From assembly GCF_009914755.1 (NCBI RefSeq), contig NC_060935.1: a stretch of 64,000 nucleotides of DNA; one strand, given 5' to 3'. The stretch is from the human T2T-CHM13v2.0 reference genome, Homo sapiens. The translations under genes were made by a program, and so were the position numbers. The notes below the pieces were generated by a model, which did not search any database, was not told where the DNA came from, and saw only the letters and a list, made by a program, of their open reading frames with translations. Shown here piece after piece: positions 30,200-43,943 of the stretch. Numbering within the stretch: position 1 is the stretch's first letter; the number at the start of each line of letters is the position of its first letter.

Positions 30200-30660
30200 A
30201 GGTGGGAGGAGCTGGCCAGGTGACGAGTCAGGGAGGACATCTCGGGAGGAGGCAGCAGCTCTGGACAAATCTCAGGTGAGGGAAATAGCTTGGGACATTC
30301 AAAAAATGGAAAGATGACCAACATAGACACGGCATGGGTTGCACGGCTGGCCACTCAAAATGTGGCTGAGAGGTCCATGCCAGGCAGGGCCCTGCAGGCC
30401 AGGCTGTGAAATGTTGTCCGAAGGGCAACAGGGCAGCACTGAAGGCTTTGAGGAAGGGGGTGACATGGTCCAGTTTGCATTTCACAAATGTTGCAAGGAG
30501 GAAAACGGAAGGGAGTAGAGCTGGGGGTGCCCAGGAGACCAGCGAGGGGCTCGCAGTCGTCCAGGCAAGAAACCAGGGGCTTGGGCAGGAGGTCTGCATT
30601 GAAGGGAGTGCCAACAAGTCCCGGGAGAGTCAAGGGTGACTCCTCAGGTCTCGGGGTGCT
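30200..30660 (-). mobile_element. L2 fragment
   Basis: GCACTGAAGGCTTTGAGGAAGGGGGTGACATGGTCCAGTTTGCATTT...GTCCAGGCAAGA. Confidence 0.65.
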
Positions 30661-30794
30661 TGTGAGGCTTCCCAGTGGAGAACGTGAGAAGTGGGTTGGG
30701 TAATGTGATTACGTCACATCTCAGAGCCAGAGGAATGCAGAGTCCTCCGACCACAGCCACGTCAGAGCTCAAGTTCAAGCTGCGACTGATCCCC

Positions 30795-31594
30795 GTGGGC
30801 TGAGATGTGTCTCCCCACAATTCCTATGTTGATATCCTAACCCCAGCACCTCAGCATGTGACTGTATTTGGAGACCGGACCTTTGTTTTGATTATTTATT
30901 TGTTTTTTGAGACAGAAATCTCTGTGTAACCTGGGCTGGAGTGCAGTGGTGCAATCATGGTTCAATGCAGCCTCGACCTCCTGGGCTCAAGGGATCCTCA
31001 CACCTCAGCCTCACAGGAAGCTAGGGCTACAAGCGCGCACCACCAGCCCAGCCGACTTTTTTATTTTTTGTAGAAACGAAGTCTTGCCATGTTGCTCAGG
31101 CTGATCTCAAATTCCTGGGCTCAAGTGATCCTCCCGCCTTGGCCTCCCAAGTAGCTGAGACCACAGGCATGTACCACCATGCCTGGCTAATTTTTTTAAA
31201 AATATGTTTTTAAGAGACAGGTTCTCACTATATTGCCCAGGCTTGTGTCAAACTCCTGGGCTCAAACAATCCTCTTGCCTCAGCCTCCCAAAGTGCTGGG
31301 ATTACAGGCATGAGCCATCGTGCCTGGTGGAGATAGGGTCTTTATAGAGGTGATTATTTTAAAATGAAGTCACATGGGTGGGCCCTAAACCCATCTGACT
31401 GGTGTCCTTATCAAAAGAGGAGATGAGGGCACAGACATGCACAGGGGAACACAGGGAAGGTGGCAGCTATAAGCCACAGTGAAGGGCCTCTGGAGGAACC
31501 AACTCTGCTGCCTTGATCTTGGGCTGCAACCCCAGAACTGTAGAGGATAAACACCTGTGGGGCTTTGTGACTGCAGCCCCAGCTGACTCATGCA
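30795..31594 (+). mobile_element. MLT1A/B-like LTR interrupted by an Alu composite
   Basis: AATTCCTATGTTGATATCCTAACCCCAG...GTGACTGTATTTGGAGA, resuming after the Alu at GGAGATAGGGTCTTT...GGGCCCTAAACCCATCTGACTGGTGTCCTTAT. Confidence 0.85.
30883..31328 (-). mobile_element. Three-monomer AluJ-like composite
   Basis: Right arm, chimeric middle arm and left arm in tandem; degenerate TSD GGAGACCGGACCTTT / GGAGATAGGGTCTTT. Confidence 0.88.
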
Positions 31595-32239
31595 CTGATA
31601 CTGAAGCAGAAGCAGGCAGGGAGTGGGGAGAGAGAGAGAACCCCAGACCACCTTTCCCAGCCAAGCTTCCAGAAGAGCTGTCCCGCTCCCATTTCGCCTC
31701 CTCACTTCCCAGCCCTGCATTCGGGGACCCTCTCTCCAAGAAGGCCTGTCCCCACGCCCTGGTCACGCTCCACTTGCCCCATTCCCGGGGTCCATTGTGG
31801 GTTCCGTCCCTTCTTCCACCCGTTCCGATGCTGTTTTTCCCGGGCTCTCCTCACCCAGGGAAGGGCCCTCGCCCCACCCACAGGCTGGGGACTCAGGAAG
31901 CCCACCTGCAGCCACATTCTCAACGCCCATGCTCCCATCCACCCTCCCTGCGGCCCCTGACACGGCTGCTCACACCCAGGCCTACCACGTCCTCCTCCCG
32001 ATGTCCCTGTGCTCTGCAGCAGGCTCAGGCTCAGGGACAGCATTGTCATCACCCTGAGCACCCGTTGTGGAACCCCAAGGCCACTCCATGCTCCTCCCTC
32101 CCACCCGGAACCCAGTCAGCTGCCAACTCCTTTGACCCACATGCTCCCTCTGCAGGCTGGGATTAGAATTCGCGTCCTGACCTGGAGGCCAAAGCCCCTG
32201 CTGGTCCCCTGCCCTCCTCGGGTTCTGCAGGCCAAGAGC

Positions 32240-32430
32240 CGGGGTTTTGGCAGAGCCCTGAGTTTGAGCATTGCCACTCAGGGTTGAATGGCCTTTGACA
32301 AGTTCCTGAAGTTCCCTACATCTCAGTTTCCCCTTCTGTAAAGTGGGGCTAGAAATACAGCCTCCCTGGTAGGGCTATTGTGTTATACCAGACAGAGAAT
32401 GCACAACACCGTCCTGGTCATTGCTGAACT
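32240..32430 (+). mobile_element. MIR
   Basis: CCTTTGACAAGTT...TCTCAGTTTCCCCTTCTGTAAAGTGGGG. Confidence 0.75.
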
Positions 32431-33547
32431 AGTGAGAGCTGCTTTCCCTCCTCTTCCTCTTGCCCTCTCCCTCCTCCTCCCTCCGCTCACTCCCACTCCT
32501 CTTCCTCCCGCTTCCTCCTGCCCGTCCCTTTCCTCTCCCCTGTTGCAGCCCCTCATCTCCTGGCTCACCCTGTTTAGATCTGCAGATGCCCTAGTTCTGT
32601 GCCAGGCTACAGTACAGCAGGTACATTTCCTTCAGGAAGCCGTGCCCTGCTCCTGACCAGGACGAAGGAGCCACTGCCCACCCCTCCGTGAGGCCAAACC
32701 TGCTCCTGTTCCCCCATCTGTGTGTCCCCTTCTCAGACTCCTGTACGGGAGTTCAACCATTTCCAGAGACCCCACGGAGGCTGGAGTTTTTGTTCTCAGC
32801 CTAAAGGGTCTGTGTTGTTTTCCCAACCAGGAGACTGGGGCCAAAGCGTCCAACAAACAGGAGAGCAGGCCCAGCATCTGCAGCCCCAGCCCCAGCTGAT
32901 ACACAGCTAGACGCCCCCTCCTCACAGCCCCCTGTGGAGTGTGCAGAGACATGGGATTTAGAGAAGGGAATGAGGTGGTCCTGAGCAGTTTACTTTGAGA
33001 AATTAACCCCAGAAACTGCTGAAAGTCACTGTAGTGTGAGTGGACAGGTACTTCTGCTTTTCTGGGAGAAGGAAGTTGCTGGGGGGTCCTCCAGACAGCA
33101 TTCCCGGCCTTGCTCTCCCATGTCTGCACCTGGCATTGGAGAGGAGCAAGTGCTGCTCTTAGATCCTGCATTTATTTTAGGAGGTGGGGAGGGGACCCCT
33201 GGCCCTGACTACCCCAGGGTGGCCTGTGAACAGCAGCATTTCATCACGGGGGTGCTGGTCAGAAAGGCCGAACCCCAGGCCTGCCCCACGCATAGGCACC
33301 GTGCCTGGTGCATGTGGGCTTCGTAAGTCAACAAGAGAGTGGACTGTGTCATTGGTTCAGTGACCAGCCGTATTCAGAAGGACTGGAACACGGGGTGTAC
33401 ACGGCAGAGCCGTGGGAGGAAAAGCGAGTGGGGTAAGCGTCTGTGAGTGGATAAAACCCAGCTCCTGCCCTTGGAGAGCTCATAGGTGAATTGGTTCATA
33501 ACCTCAACTTGCAGGATTTCCCGGGACTAGCCTGTGCCCCAGTGAGT

Positions 33548-33685
33548 TTGCTACTCAGGGTATGATCTGAGGTCAGCAGCAGCCCCTGAGAGTTTATCAG
33601 GAAAGAAAAGTCCTGGGCCCAACCCCAGACTGGCAAATTGGGTGTTGAGGCCAGGAATCTAGGTTTTAACAAGCATTCCTGGTGA

Positions 33686-33686
<1 letters not shown>
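33548..33686. mobile_element. MER5A fragment
   Basis: GGGCCCAACCCCAGAC...GGCCAGGAATCTAGGTTTTAACAAGCATTCCTGGTGATT. Confidence 0.72.
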
Positions 33687-34062
<376 letters not shown>

Positions 34063-34072
34063 TAGATGTGTC

Positions 34073-34221
34073 GCATGACGAGACCTAGCAGGGGCGCAGG
34101 CTGGGAATGCAGCTCTTTAGCCGGGCTGCACGCCTGCCTCAGCCTCACCAGGCCACTGTCATAGGAAGAAGGAAAGGGTGGTATTGGGAAGGCCACCATT
34201 GCGGTCTGCTGTGCCCTGGGG
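34073..34221. repeat. Copy 2 of the ~150 bp dispersed direct duplication, in MLT1-like context
   Basis: Match to 28935-29083; ACCTAGC...GGCTGGGAATGCAGCTCTTTAGCCGGG is an MLT1-type motif. Confidence 0.93.
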
Positions 34222-35139
34222 GTAACTCTTAATGCTGCCTACCAGATTGTCTGGTTTTCCTCTGTGCATGAACATGGCAGGATTGCCTGTTCTGTCTCCT
34301 TTGCAGGGAGTAGTGAATATGGTACAAGCTACTCCCCATGGACTGTGGGGAGAAGTAGGCAAAGCATTTAAAATGCTGGCATGCGACTCCAAGAGCACTC
34401 TTCCTTTGCCTGGCAGCTGAGGGGCTTGAGCACACAGCTGTTCCCTCCCTACACCCTGGCCCTGAGGGACATCTCTGCACAGAGCCTCCTTGCTCACTGT
34501 CCCTGCTGCCTGAGGACCTGCAATGGATATGTGGTCTCAACAAGAGATGATCTGCTGTTCTTTTAAATGACTGGGATATGGGGGATGTTTGATACTTCAG
34601 CATAACCTTGATCATCCTGACTGATACAACAAATATTGTAGTCCTATAAAATAATTTTTAAACAAATTATTTCTTCGTAATCTGCTCATGAAACTCTTGT
34701 CCCTTCTTCAAGATGCAGTCCCTCCTCTGGGAAGCCTATCCTGACTTGAGTCTCAAGTTGAATTGACCTTGCGTTTCCACTCTTCTTTACATGGTGCCTC
34801 TATAGAGTAGTGGCTTCCTAGATTGTCAGTTGTCTATGTACCAAACTCCCCTCCCCAAACTGAGTTTCTTAAGGTCAAGGTGGCATTTATCTCCATATCC
34901 TAGCTCCAGAACAGTGCCCAGCATGTATGAGGCCTTCAAGTTGGTCTTGCTGGATTGAACTGAAGTAGAGACACAGATAGACAGGTGCATCAAACTGCAG
35001 AATTTTCTTGTCCATATGCTTTTGCTCATTCTTCCTTCTGTGCTTGCAGTGTTCTATTTTGCTTCTTGAATCCCCATCTTTCTATTTATATCATAAATTA
35101 TATTTATATTCACCTGTAAGGGTGCTGTCTCTTGAAGGG

Positions 35140-36890
35140 AAAGTGATTGATCATTCAATAAATGTTTTTTGAGAAACTACTATGTGCCAGGTACCTTTCT
35201 AGATTCTGGATATACAGTGATGGATGAAATAGACAAAGGTATGTTCATTCCAGTAGATAAGATAGAAATAAAAATACATTAGGATATAATAAATACATAA
35301 CGTCAGCTGATGACAAATGCTGTGCAGAAAAGTAAATCAGTGGAAGGGGTTAGAGAGTGATGGGAGATGCTGCTTTTAAAGGGAGGTATAGAAAAGCCTC
35401 TTTGAGTAGGTAACATTTGAGCTGACCCATGAAGAAAATGAGGAAATTCACAATGCACATACCTGCAGGAAGAGCATGTCTAGTAGAGGGAACAGAAAAT
35501 GTAAAGCCCATGGTGGGAAGCACAGGCAGGCCAGTGTGACTGAGTGCAGTGAGTGAAGGGAAGAACAGAGATGAGACTGGAGAGGCAGTTGGGGATGGAT
35601 CTTTTAGGGTCCTAAAAGCAGGGCTGAGCGGCTTGAATTTTACTGTAAGCTCAATGGGAAGCCAGGATTGTTTTAAGTAGGACAGAGACAAAATCCAGCT
35701 TGTGCTTTAAAAAGATCATGCTGGCCAATAGTTGAAGAATAGATTGGGTTAGGGGGAGTCTCATTAGGAAGGCATTGAGTGTCCCAGGTAAAGGTTGATG
35801 GTATTCCAGGTGAAAGTCAATAGTGGCTTGGGCAGAGGGTGTCAGGGAAGGTGCCACAGGGGAAGAACAGTTCTGAAGGCATGGGAAGTGTGAATCCCAC
35901 ACTGTATTTTGGACACGTCTGATTCAAGATGCCTGTTAGACACTGAATGGTCTTTCCAGGAGACCAGATTCACTAGTCTGGAATCATGGCAGTGGATGGG
36001 GCTTGGCATGTAAGTTTGAGAGTTCTTAACATTTAGGTGATTTTTAATTCAGTAGGCTGGACTGGATCACCTGGAAAAGCTGGTAGATAGATCAGCACAG
36101 AGATCTGAGGACAAGACTGAAGGTTTCATCTAAGTTGTGAAGGAGAGAGAGTTAGCAAAGAAGGAGAAAGAATGGCTTGGAAGGTAGGCACAAGGAGAAG
36201 CGCAAAAGAAGAGTGTGTCCAAAAGGCAAAATGAAGACTCTCATTGAAACATGAAATGAGCACCTAAGATGCTATTTAACTCAGGAATAAATGAAGGAAC
36301 TAATCAGATGTTACAACCAGTTCAAAGGAGGAGTCAAAGCCCCAGCCATTCTAGAGGCACTAAAGAAACCTGAATCAAATTTACAAACATTCATGGCAGG
36401 TCTACCAGAGGCCAATAACCAATTGCATTCCAGCAGACACAACTAATTTGCCTTTCTAGAAACAAAAGTTATTTGCATTGTTCTCAGTTTTCTACAACTT
36501 TTCTCAATTCATAAAGTAGCCCAATGAAAGGTAGAAAGAATCCAGAGGGTGTACTAGACAGGATGCTCAGTAAAGTTTGCTTGGTTTTTTTCTTCCCACT
36601 TTAAATTCTTCTCCCAATTTTTCCTGACACAGGGACTACAGTGTCTTAGAACTCACAGGAATGAAGTCTTTCCCGAAGGAGAAAAGATCAGCTGTGTCAA
36701 AAGCTATGGTGAAAGGAAGATGAGAATGTGCTAATGGATTTGCCAGCATGGTGGTCATTGGTGACATTGACAAAGATAGTTTTGGTGGATTGGGGGAAGA
36801 ACCTCAGCTTGGATGGGGTTCAGGAGAGATTGCAGGGTGAAATAGTAGAGACAGAATGGACACTTTGGGGAGTTTAACCACAAAATCCTC
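35140..36890 (-). mobile_element. Long L2 remnant with an unclassified ~400 bp insert (about 36240-36635)
   Basis: TCATTCAATAAATGTTTTTTGAGAAACTACTATGTGCCAGG start; TTTTGGACACGTCTGATTCAAGATGCCTGTTAGACA; GGTCATTGGTGACATTGACAAAG. Confidence 0.8.
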
Positions 36891-38791
36891 TGAGAGAGGC
36901 TCAGAAGGAACAACTCTCAGGGCCCCACAGTGATAAGGTAAGTTCTTAACACATCCCTTGAGGCCACCTCCAGAGACTCGTTCCTTCCCTTGAAAATGCC
37001 AATCTAAGCCATCGTAAGCCACCTGTCCCATGGGAGAGCATTAAAGCAAAAACCCTAATTATCAAAGGAGAAAGAATTTTAGTCGGTGCAAACAGGATAA
37101 ATACCATTACTTTTCCCAAGTGTGCATTTTCTGAACCCGGAATATTGGGGCCCACCAAAAGGCTGCAACAATTTTCTAGGTTCCAGGTCAGGGTTTTTCT
37201 CTTCTGTCAACTCCTTGCTGCCTCCATCTTCCAGTGCCCAAGTGCCCTTCTTTCCCTACTCTCCCTCCTTCCCCTAAAGCTGCTCAGCACTGGCTCAGAA
37301 CCAGTGGCTGAGGGCTGACAGCTATTATGAAGCGCAGCAGGAATTTAACCTGCATTCGGGGCTCCAGAGCCCTTGCTCTTTTAGCTGCATTGGTGCTGCT
37401 ATGCTAGCGTCTTCTGCCGAGAGAAAATGTGTTGCAAACACCTATGTGCTTCCCCAGGTGAAGCGCTGTGCTCTGCAAATGTGTGATTTTGTGCACTTGC
37501 CTCAGATAATTATCTGATCATACCGAGGATTACCTTTGGGAAAAACAAATAGGCCAAGGGAAACTGAGAGAGGAAGAGAAAATGAGGGAGGAGCGTGGAA
37601 GGCTGGGGCTGGGGCGGTGCGGGAGGGGCTCGGCCTCAAGCCGCCCCATCCCCAGCACTCATGCTTTGCAGGTTCCCTCTCACTGAAGCCGTCTCACAGC
37701 AGACACTGTGGGAGTTGGGCTTCTTCCCACTTCACAGAAGCAACTGAGGTTCTGGAAGTTTGGTAAGGTCCTGGGCTGGGAATGACACCCATGTCCAGGT
37801 GACTACACGGTCCTATCCTCGGCCTCCCAAGCAGCTGTGAACCTGGAGGAGCTGCCTTTGAACTTGGAGCAGCACTGGATTTTCAGGAAAAGCAAAACTA
37901 GAGGCAAGCGGGAAAGAAGAGAGTGTGTTTTTGTTTTTTTGTTTTTTAGAGGAACCAACAGCATCGGCCAGGGGCTGTGCCCCCCCAGGAAAAACCCTGC
38001 TGTGGGGATGGCAGGCCATTGGCCATGGTTAAGTAGGGGCCTTGCTGGGGGAGCAGGTACAGCCTGAGGATCCCCTTTGTTCAGCCGCACATCCATCCGA
38101 GGCTCAGGCTGTTGTTCCCCGTTCACTCCCACAGTGAGTCAGGACTGGGTGGAAACAGGGCCAGTCACTCAGAAGGGTCTCGACCAGCTTCCTGGGTCGG
38201 GGATGACAGGGCCAGCCCGAGAGAGGCCGAGGGGAACAGGGAGCTCAGGTGGTTGGGCAGGAGCCAACGCTGAGAGTACAAGAGAGGTGGCTGCACAAAG
38301 GGAGTGAATCTCCATGACGTCTCTCTCCTGCACAGGGACCCAGAGTTACCCTGTGTGACATGCACGTGTGCAGCTGCAAGTTACGCAGCTCCTAGAAGCT
38401 GGTGAAGCGGGCTGATGTTGGTCAGAACCCACACAAGAGAAGAGCCAGCCTCCTGTGAGGCTTGTTCCCTCCTGATGTGGAGCCTTGGGATGTGGCTGGA
38501 GTGCCTTTATGTCCACCTCTAACCACCAAATACACCCCGTTTGCCACCAGGGGTTAGCTGGCCACTGTCACAGCAGGCGTGGCAGCAAAGGCGTACAAGG
38601 ACCAAGTGGCTGGACCACAGCTAAGAAGGAGACAGAAGCATGAACCCAAATCTCCAGGCACTCCTGGGTTTCACGATTCTCTGGTGTTCTTTGAAAGCAT
38701 AAAGAAAAAAAATGAGGATTTTAAAATGGCATGTTCTTGTAATGATGATGAGATCTGGGGTTTTCCAGAGATGCACCTGTAAGCATTGTAA

Positions 38792-39126
<335 letters not shown>

Positions 39127-39458
39127 TAGACATCATCACTGTCTGTCCTTGTAGGAGGCAAGGGCTTGTTCTTTTTCTTCTTCCTTATCCTCCTTTTGTA
39201 AATCAAAGTAGGGCGTATGTGTGTGTGTCTCTGTGTGTGTGTGTGAGTGCATGCCACATAGTGCCAAAGGGATTGTAAGGATAAACAGCAGCCCCCACAT
39301 GCACCCCACCCAGCTTCTTTAATTCTTTTAAGTATTTAAGTATTTCTTTTATCTGTATTATTAAACAATATGTTGCTTTTGTTGCAATCTCTTGATTCAT
39401 CAGTTTTAAGCATCTCTACAGAATGGTGAATATTTACCTCTCTTTAAATCAGGATCTT

Positions 39459-39858
39459 AGCCAAAAGCAGTGGCTCGTGCCTATAATCTCAGGACTTTGG
39501 GAGGCTGAGGCAGAAGGATTGCTTGAGCCCAGGAGTTCAAGACCAGCCTGGGCAATACAGGAAAACCCCATCTCTACCAAAAAAAAAAAAAAAAAAAAAA
39601 AGGGCCAGGCACGGTAACTCACTGTGAGTGCAGTGGTGCAACTATAGGTCACTGCCTCCTTGACCTTGTGGGTGTAAGTGATCATTCCGTCTCAGCCTCC
39701 CAAGTAGCTGGTACTACAGGCACACGCCACTATGCCTGGCTAATTTTTTGGTTTCACCATGTTGCCCAGGCTGGTCTCAAACTCCTGGCCTCAAGCGATT
39801 CCCCCACCTTGGCCTACTAAAGTGCTGGGATTACAGGCATGAGCCACCATGCCTGGCC
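39459..39858. mobile_element. Inverted Alu composite: + left monomer with poly-A, ~20 bp of a further + Alu start, then an antisense AluJ-like element
   Basis: Orientation switches near 39625; CAGGATCTT flanks both ends. Confidence 0.88.
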
Positions 39859-41884
39859 CAGGATCTTTCTTCTGAGCTGCTGCCTTCTTGGTTGTTTTTC
39901 CCACCTCTGCATAAGGCTTGATATAGTTTTACAACCATTTTCCCTCCTGGAATGTGAACTGCCAAGGGCCTAGGCAGCATGCATCATGATTCTTTGCCCA
40001 GAGCCCGTATCTGATAACCACTTTCATGAATAAAGATTGACATCCTTCCAGCATGCCATGTGTGTGATCTTCAAAACCAACCGCACCCTTAGTGCTCTTA
40101 GATATCAAGAAAAGGAAAAAGACCTCCCTCACATGTGTAGATTTTGGCAAACATCTTTCACTTGGCCATTATTCACTCTGTATCCGTTTAGACTTGGTCA
40201 AAACCAAGTCTCCCAGGAAGAGTCTGCAATGAAGGAAAACAATCACAAAAACATCTTGAGTTATAGAACTAGTAAACTGTCTGGTTTTGTTGTTGTTGTT
40301 TTGGATATTTACTGCTTCTCATAAGCAAGATAATCTGCCAGGGTTTGGGGTGTTATTGATCAAGTATTGGTAGAAACATAGCTAGCTTCCATCATTCCTA
40401 CCAGAATTTTCCCAAACTGCCTCTTTTTTTCCTGCTGGCAATTATATGGGCTGCCCCGTCAGATGAGGGCACAGGACTCCCTCTCCCTCAGACTAATAAA
40501 GGCCCGCCTTGCAAGGCAGGTAAACAGGGCTGTCCTTTACAACTTTGCCAGTCTATTCTGCCCCAAGGCTGCTGGTAGCTTCTGTTGTGTTGTTAAAGAC
40601 AATTTAGCCAAGTTTATTTTTTTCTCAAAGATTTTGACTTTAAAAAAAAAAGATTCCATTGTGTAAATGTCTTAGTGCCTCACCCGCTCTCTAGATGAGG
40701 TTTTGGGCTGTGGAATTGGGGCCTCTCCATTTCTGACGTCCCCATTTCCCAAAATAGGCCATGTGTGAGCCAACTCGCTGGCCCAGATCACCCGCCGGGG
40801 CCCTTGGGTATGTGACTGCGCCTGCCACAACTCTCAACTTGACCAATACTTTGTTCAAATCCGTGCAAGGGGCCCAGGATGCCTTCAGCGTTCACCAGGT
40901 TTCATAGGGCCAGACTCAAGTTTAAAGGCCTCCTTCCAGAATCTTCAAAGGAGACTAGTTGGCTTCTAAGTCATTGAATAAAATAAAAATGCAGAATTTT
41001 CTTATAAATTTATAAGTATGCTCAGAAAAATGTAAAGTGTCTTCTTTCCTAGTGTTGAACGGATCATGAGAAATGTCTACCTCCCTCCCAGAACACTTTA
41101 TTTCCTTCACTTGAGCCTCCCAGCCACCTCTCCTAAGATGGCACGGCTGCCTTGGACCAGAGAGTGGCCCGTTGCCACAGACAAGAAGTGGTGCTGGGAT
41201 GGCCCCCTAAGAAATGTGACAAGTGGTTCCAAGTCTTGGCTACAGGCTCAGATTGAAGGATACCTAAATCCCCTTCCAGCCTTCAAGGCCCTTGCCATGC
41301 TGAGAACTCAAAGGATCAAAGGTGAAGGTTTACGCAACCTCAGTTACAGCCCAATCCATGCCTGGATGTCCTGACGTCGGCAGCTGGACAGGAACTTCCC
41401 ATTTTCTTCCTCCTTGGCCCCTGCACTCCAACCTCAAGTGAACAGGGGCCAAGGGAGCAACAACTCTATTCAATGACTTTAGGATGTACCGAGCATTTAC
41501 CCACAAAACAGGAATGAGATGGACAGGAGGCCCTGGACCAACCCAGGGAGGGAAGTGGGGGTCACCACTGGGGAGGTTTCAAAGCAATCCCTGCCTCTAG
41601 GAGGTTTCAGTGTCATGGAGAAACATAATTTTTTTCTGAATCTTGGGCAAAGAGTAGCAAGTATTTTTAGAAAACCAACCAAAAGCCAAAGGGAATATTT
41701 TCCAGCCCCAACCTCCTTCATTTTCCTCCCATCCTAGCCAGTTCTTCTTTCCTTCACAGAATAGAGCACATTCGTAGTTATTTTACCTATTTGGCGATTA
41801 TTGTTTTCTGCACCACACACTTGGAAACTCATGTGTGCAGGAGCTGGGATGGTTTTGTCCCCCAGTGCCTGAGGGAAGTTCTCA

Positions 41885-42421
<537 letters not shown>

Positions 42422-43000
42422 TCACAGAATATTTATCTGACCATGGACTCATGTACAGCCTATATAAAGTACTCCTTCAGCTCACTATAAGAATGGGCAA
42501 ACTATATGAACAGACACTTCACAAAAGAAGGGAAAAATCCCTTCACAAATGGCATCTGTCACTCAACAGGGACTTGTTTCATTTGCTGATGGAGCATCCT
42601 CTGGCTTCTGGCATTGGCCCCTGGTCTCTTGGCCAATAGCCCCATGCTCCTCCTCTGTCCATCAGGTTGCGTGGAACTCACTCTCCCTCTGTGCCCTGAA
42701 GGAGGCCATCAGGACATTACATTCCTGTAATACAAAGTCACCTCCAAGATGGGCACATGACCCAATCAGAGACAGGGAATTCAGGGACTTTCTTTAGAGC
42801 CATGGGGAAGAGAGACTTTTATCCCACCAGACCTGAGGTGGGAGGCCAGAGTCCCAGAGCTACAGGTGGCCAGCTTGCTGGGCCACAGAGAGAGCTGGCC
42901 TGAGAGTGGATCTGACCAAGAAAGAAGCAGAGCCAAGGGGGAGGAAACCAAGCCCAAAAGACATCACTGAGTCCCTGGATCCAGCCTAGCCTGAAATCCA

Positions 43001-43466
43001 TGTGGTAGTGTGCAAAGGGGCCATACTCCTTCTGTCTCTGAATGCATGCTGCTCTTCATTGTAGCTTTAGAGTCCTCAGTCTCCACACCTTTGAATTTGA
43101 ACTTGGCCACGTGACTTGCTTTGGATAATGCAAGTAGCAAACGTGACACAAGCAGAGGCTGGAAAAGTGCTTCTGCACAGGGCCTGCTCTCTCCTGTTGC
43201 TCTAGGGCCAGACTGCTGGTGGGTGAGAATTTCCACAAATAGCCCAGTCACCCCATCACCCTGCTGACTTTTGTACCAAATGACAGCCAGAGCCAACTGG
43301 CCGTGATGTGACTCAGGATGTCCTAGAACACTGGTCCCCATTTGCTTGGCCAGGTGACAGCCAAACTGCCCAGTTCACTCACGGCCTTGTGAGCAATCAT
43401 CCAGTGGAGGTTGTTTCAATGCACTGTTTTGGGATGGTTTGCTACATAGCAAAGCTAGGGGGCACA
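43001..43466 (+). mobile_element. MLT1 (F/G/H-like) LTR
   Basis: TGTGGTAG...CTTGGCCACGTGACTTGCTTTGG...TTTTGGGATGGTTTGCTACATAGCAAAGCTA. Confidence 0.78.
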
Positions 43467-43737
43467 TAGATCAACCACTGAAGTTTTCAGTTATACAAGA
43501 CAAAGAAATTGCTCTGGCTGGGTTGTCAAAGCTCTCTCTATTCTTCCATGTCATCCTGATCACCATTTATGGGTCTCATATAAGCATTTATCTAAAACAT
43601 TTTTTAATCTACATACATATTTGAATCTCTTTCTACATATACACACACTATATAGATTCTATACACACATACATAATACATATGTACACACACTATCTAT
43701 ATACACACACACAGTTGACAAGCGTCATATAGATATA

Positions 43738-43902
43738 CAGTTGACCCTTGAACAACAAGGGTTTCAATTGCAGAAGTCCACTTATACTAGGATTTTTCTT
43801 CCACCTCTGCCTCTCCTGAAACAGCAAGACCAACCCCTCCTCCTCCTTCTCCCCAGCCCACTTGTATTAGTCATGGTTCCCTAGAGGGACAGAACTAATA
43901 GG

Positions 43903-43943
<41 letters not shown>

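Noticed and set aside
31513-32166. Longest ORF (217 aa, Pro-rich)
   Set aside because: Non-ATG start inside an MLT1 LTR, no recognisable domain, and overlapping ORFs on both strands as expected in C-rich DNA
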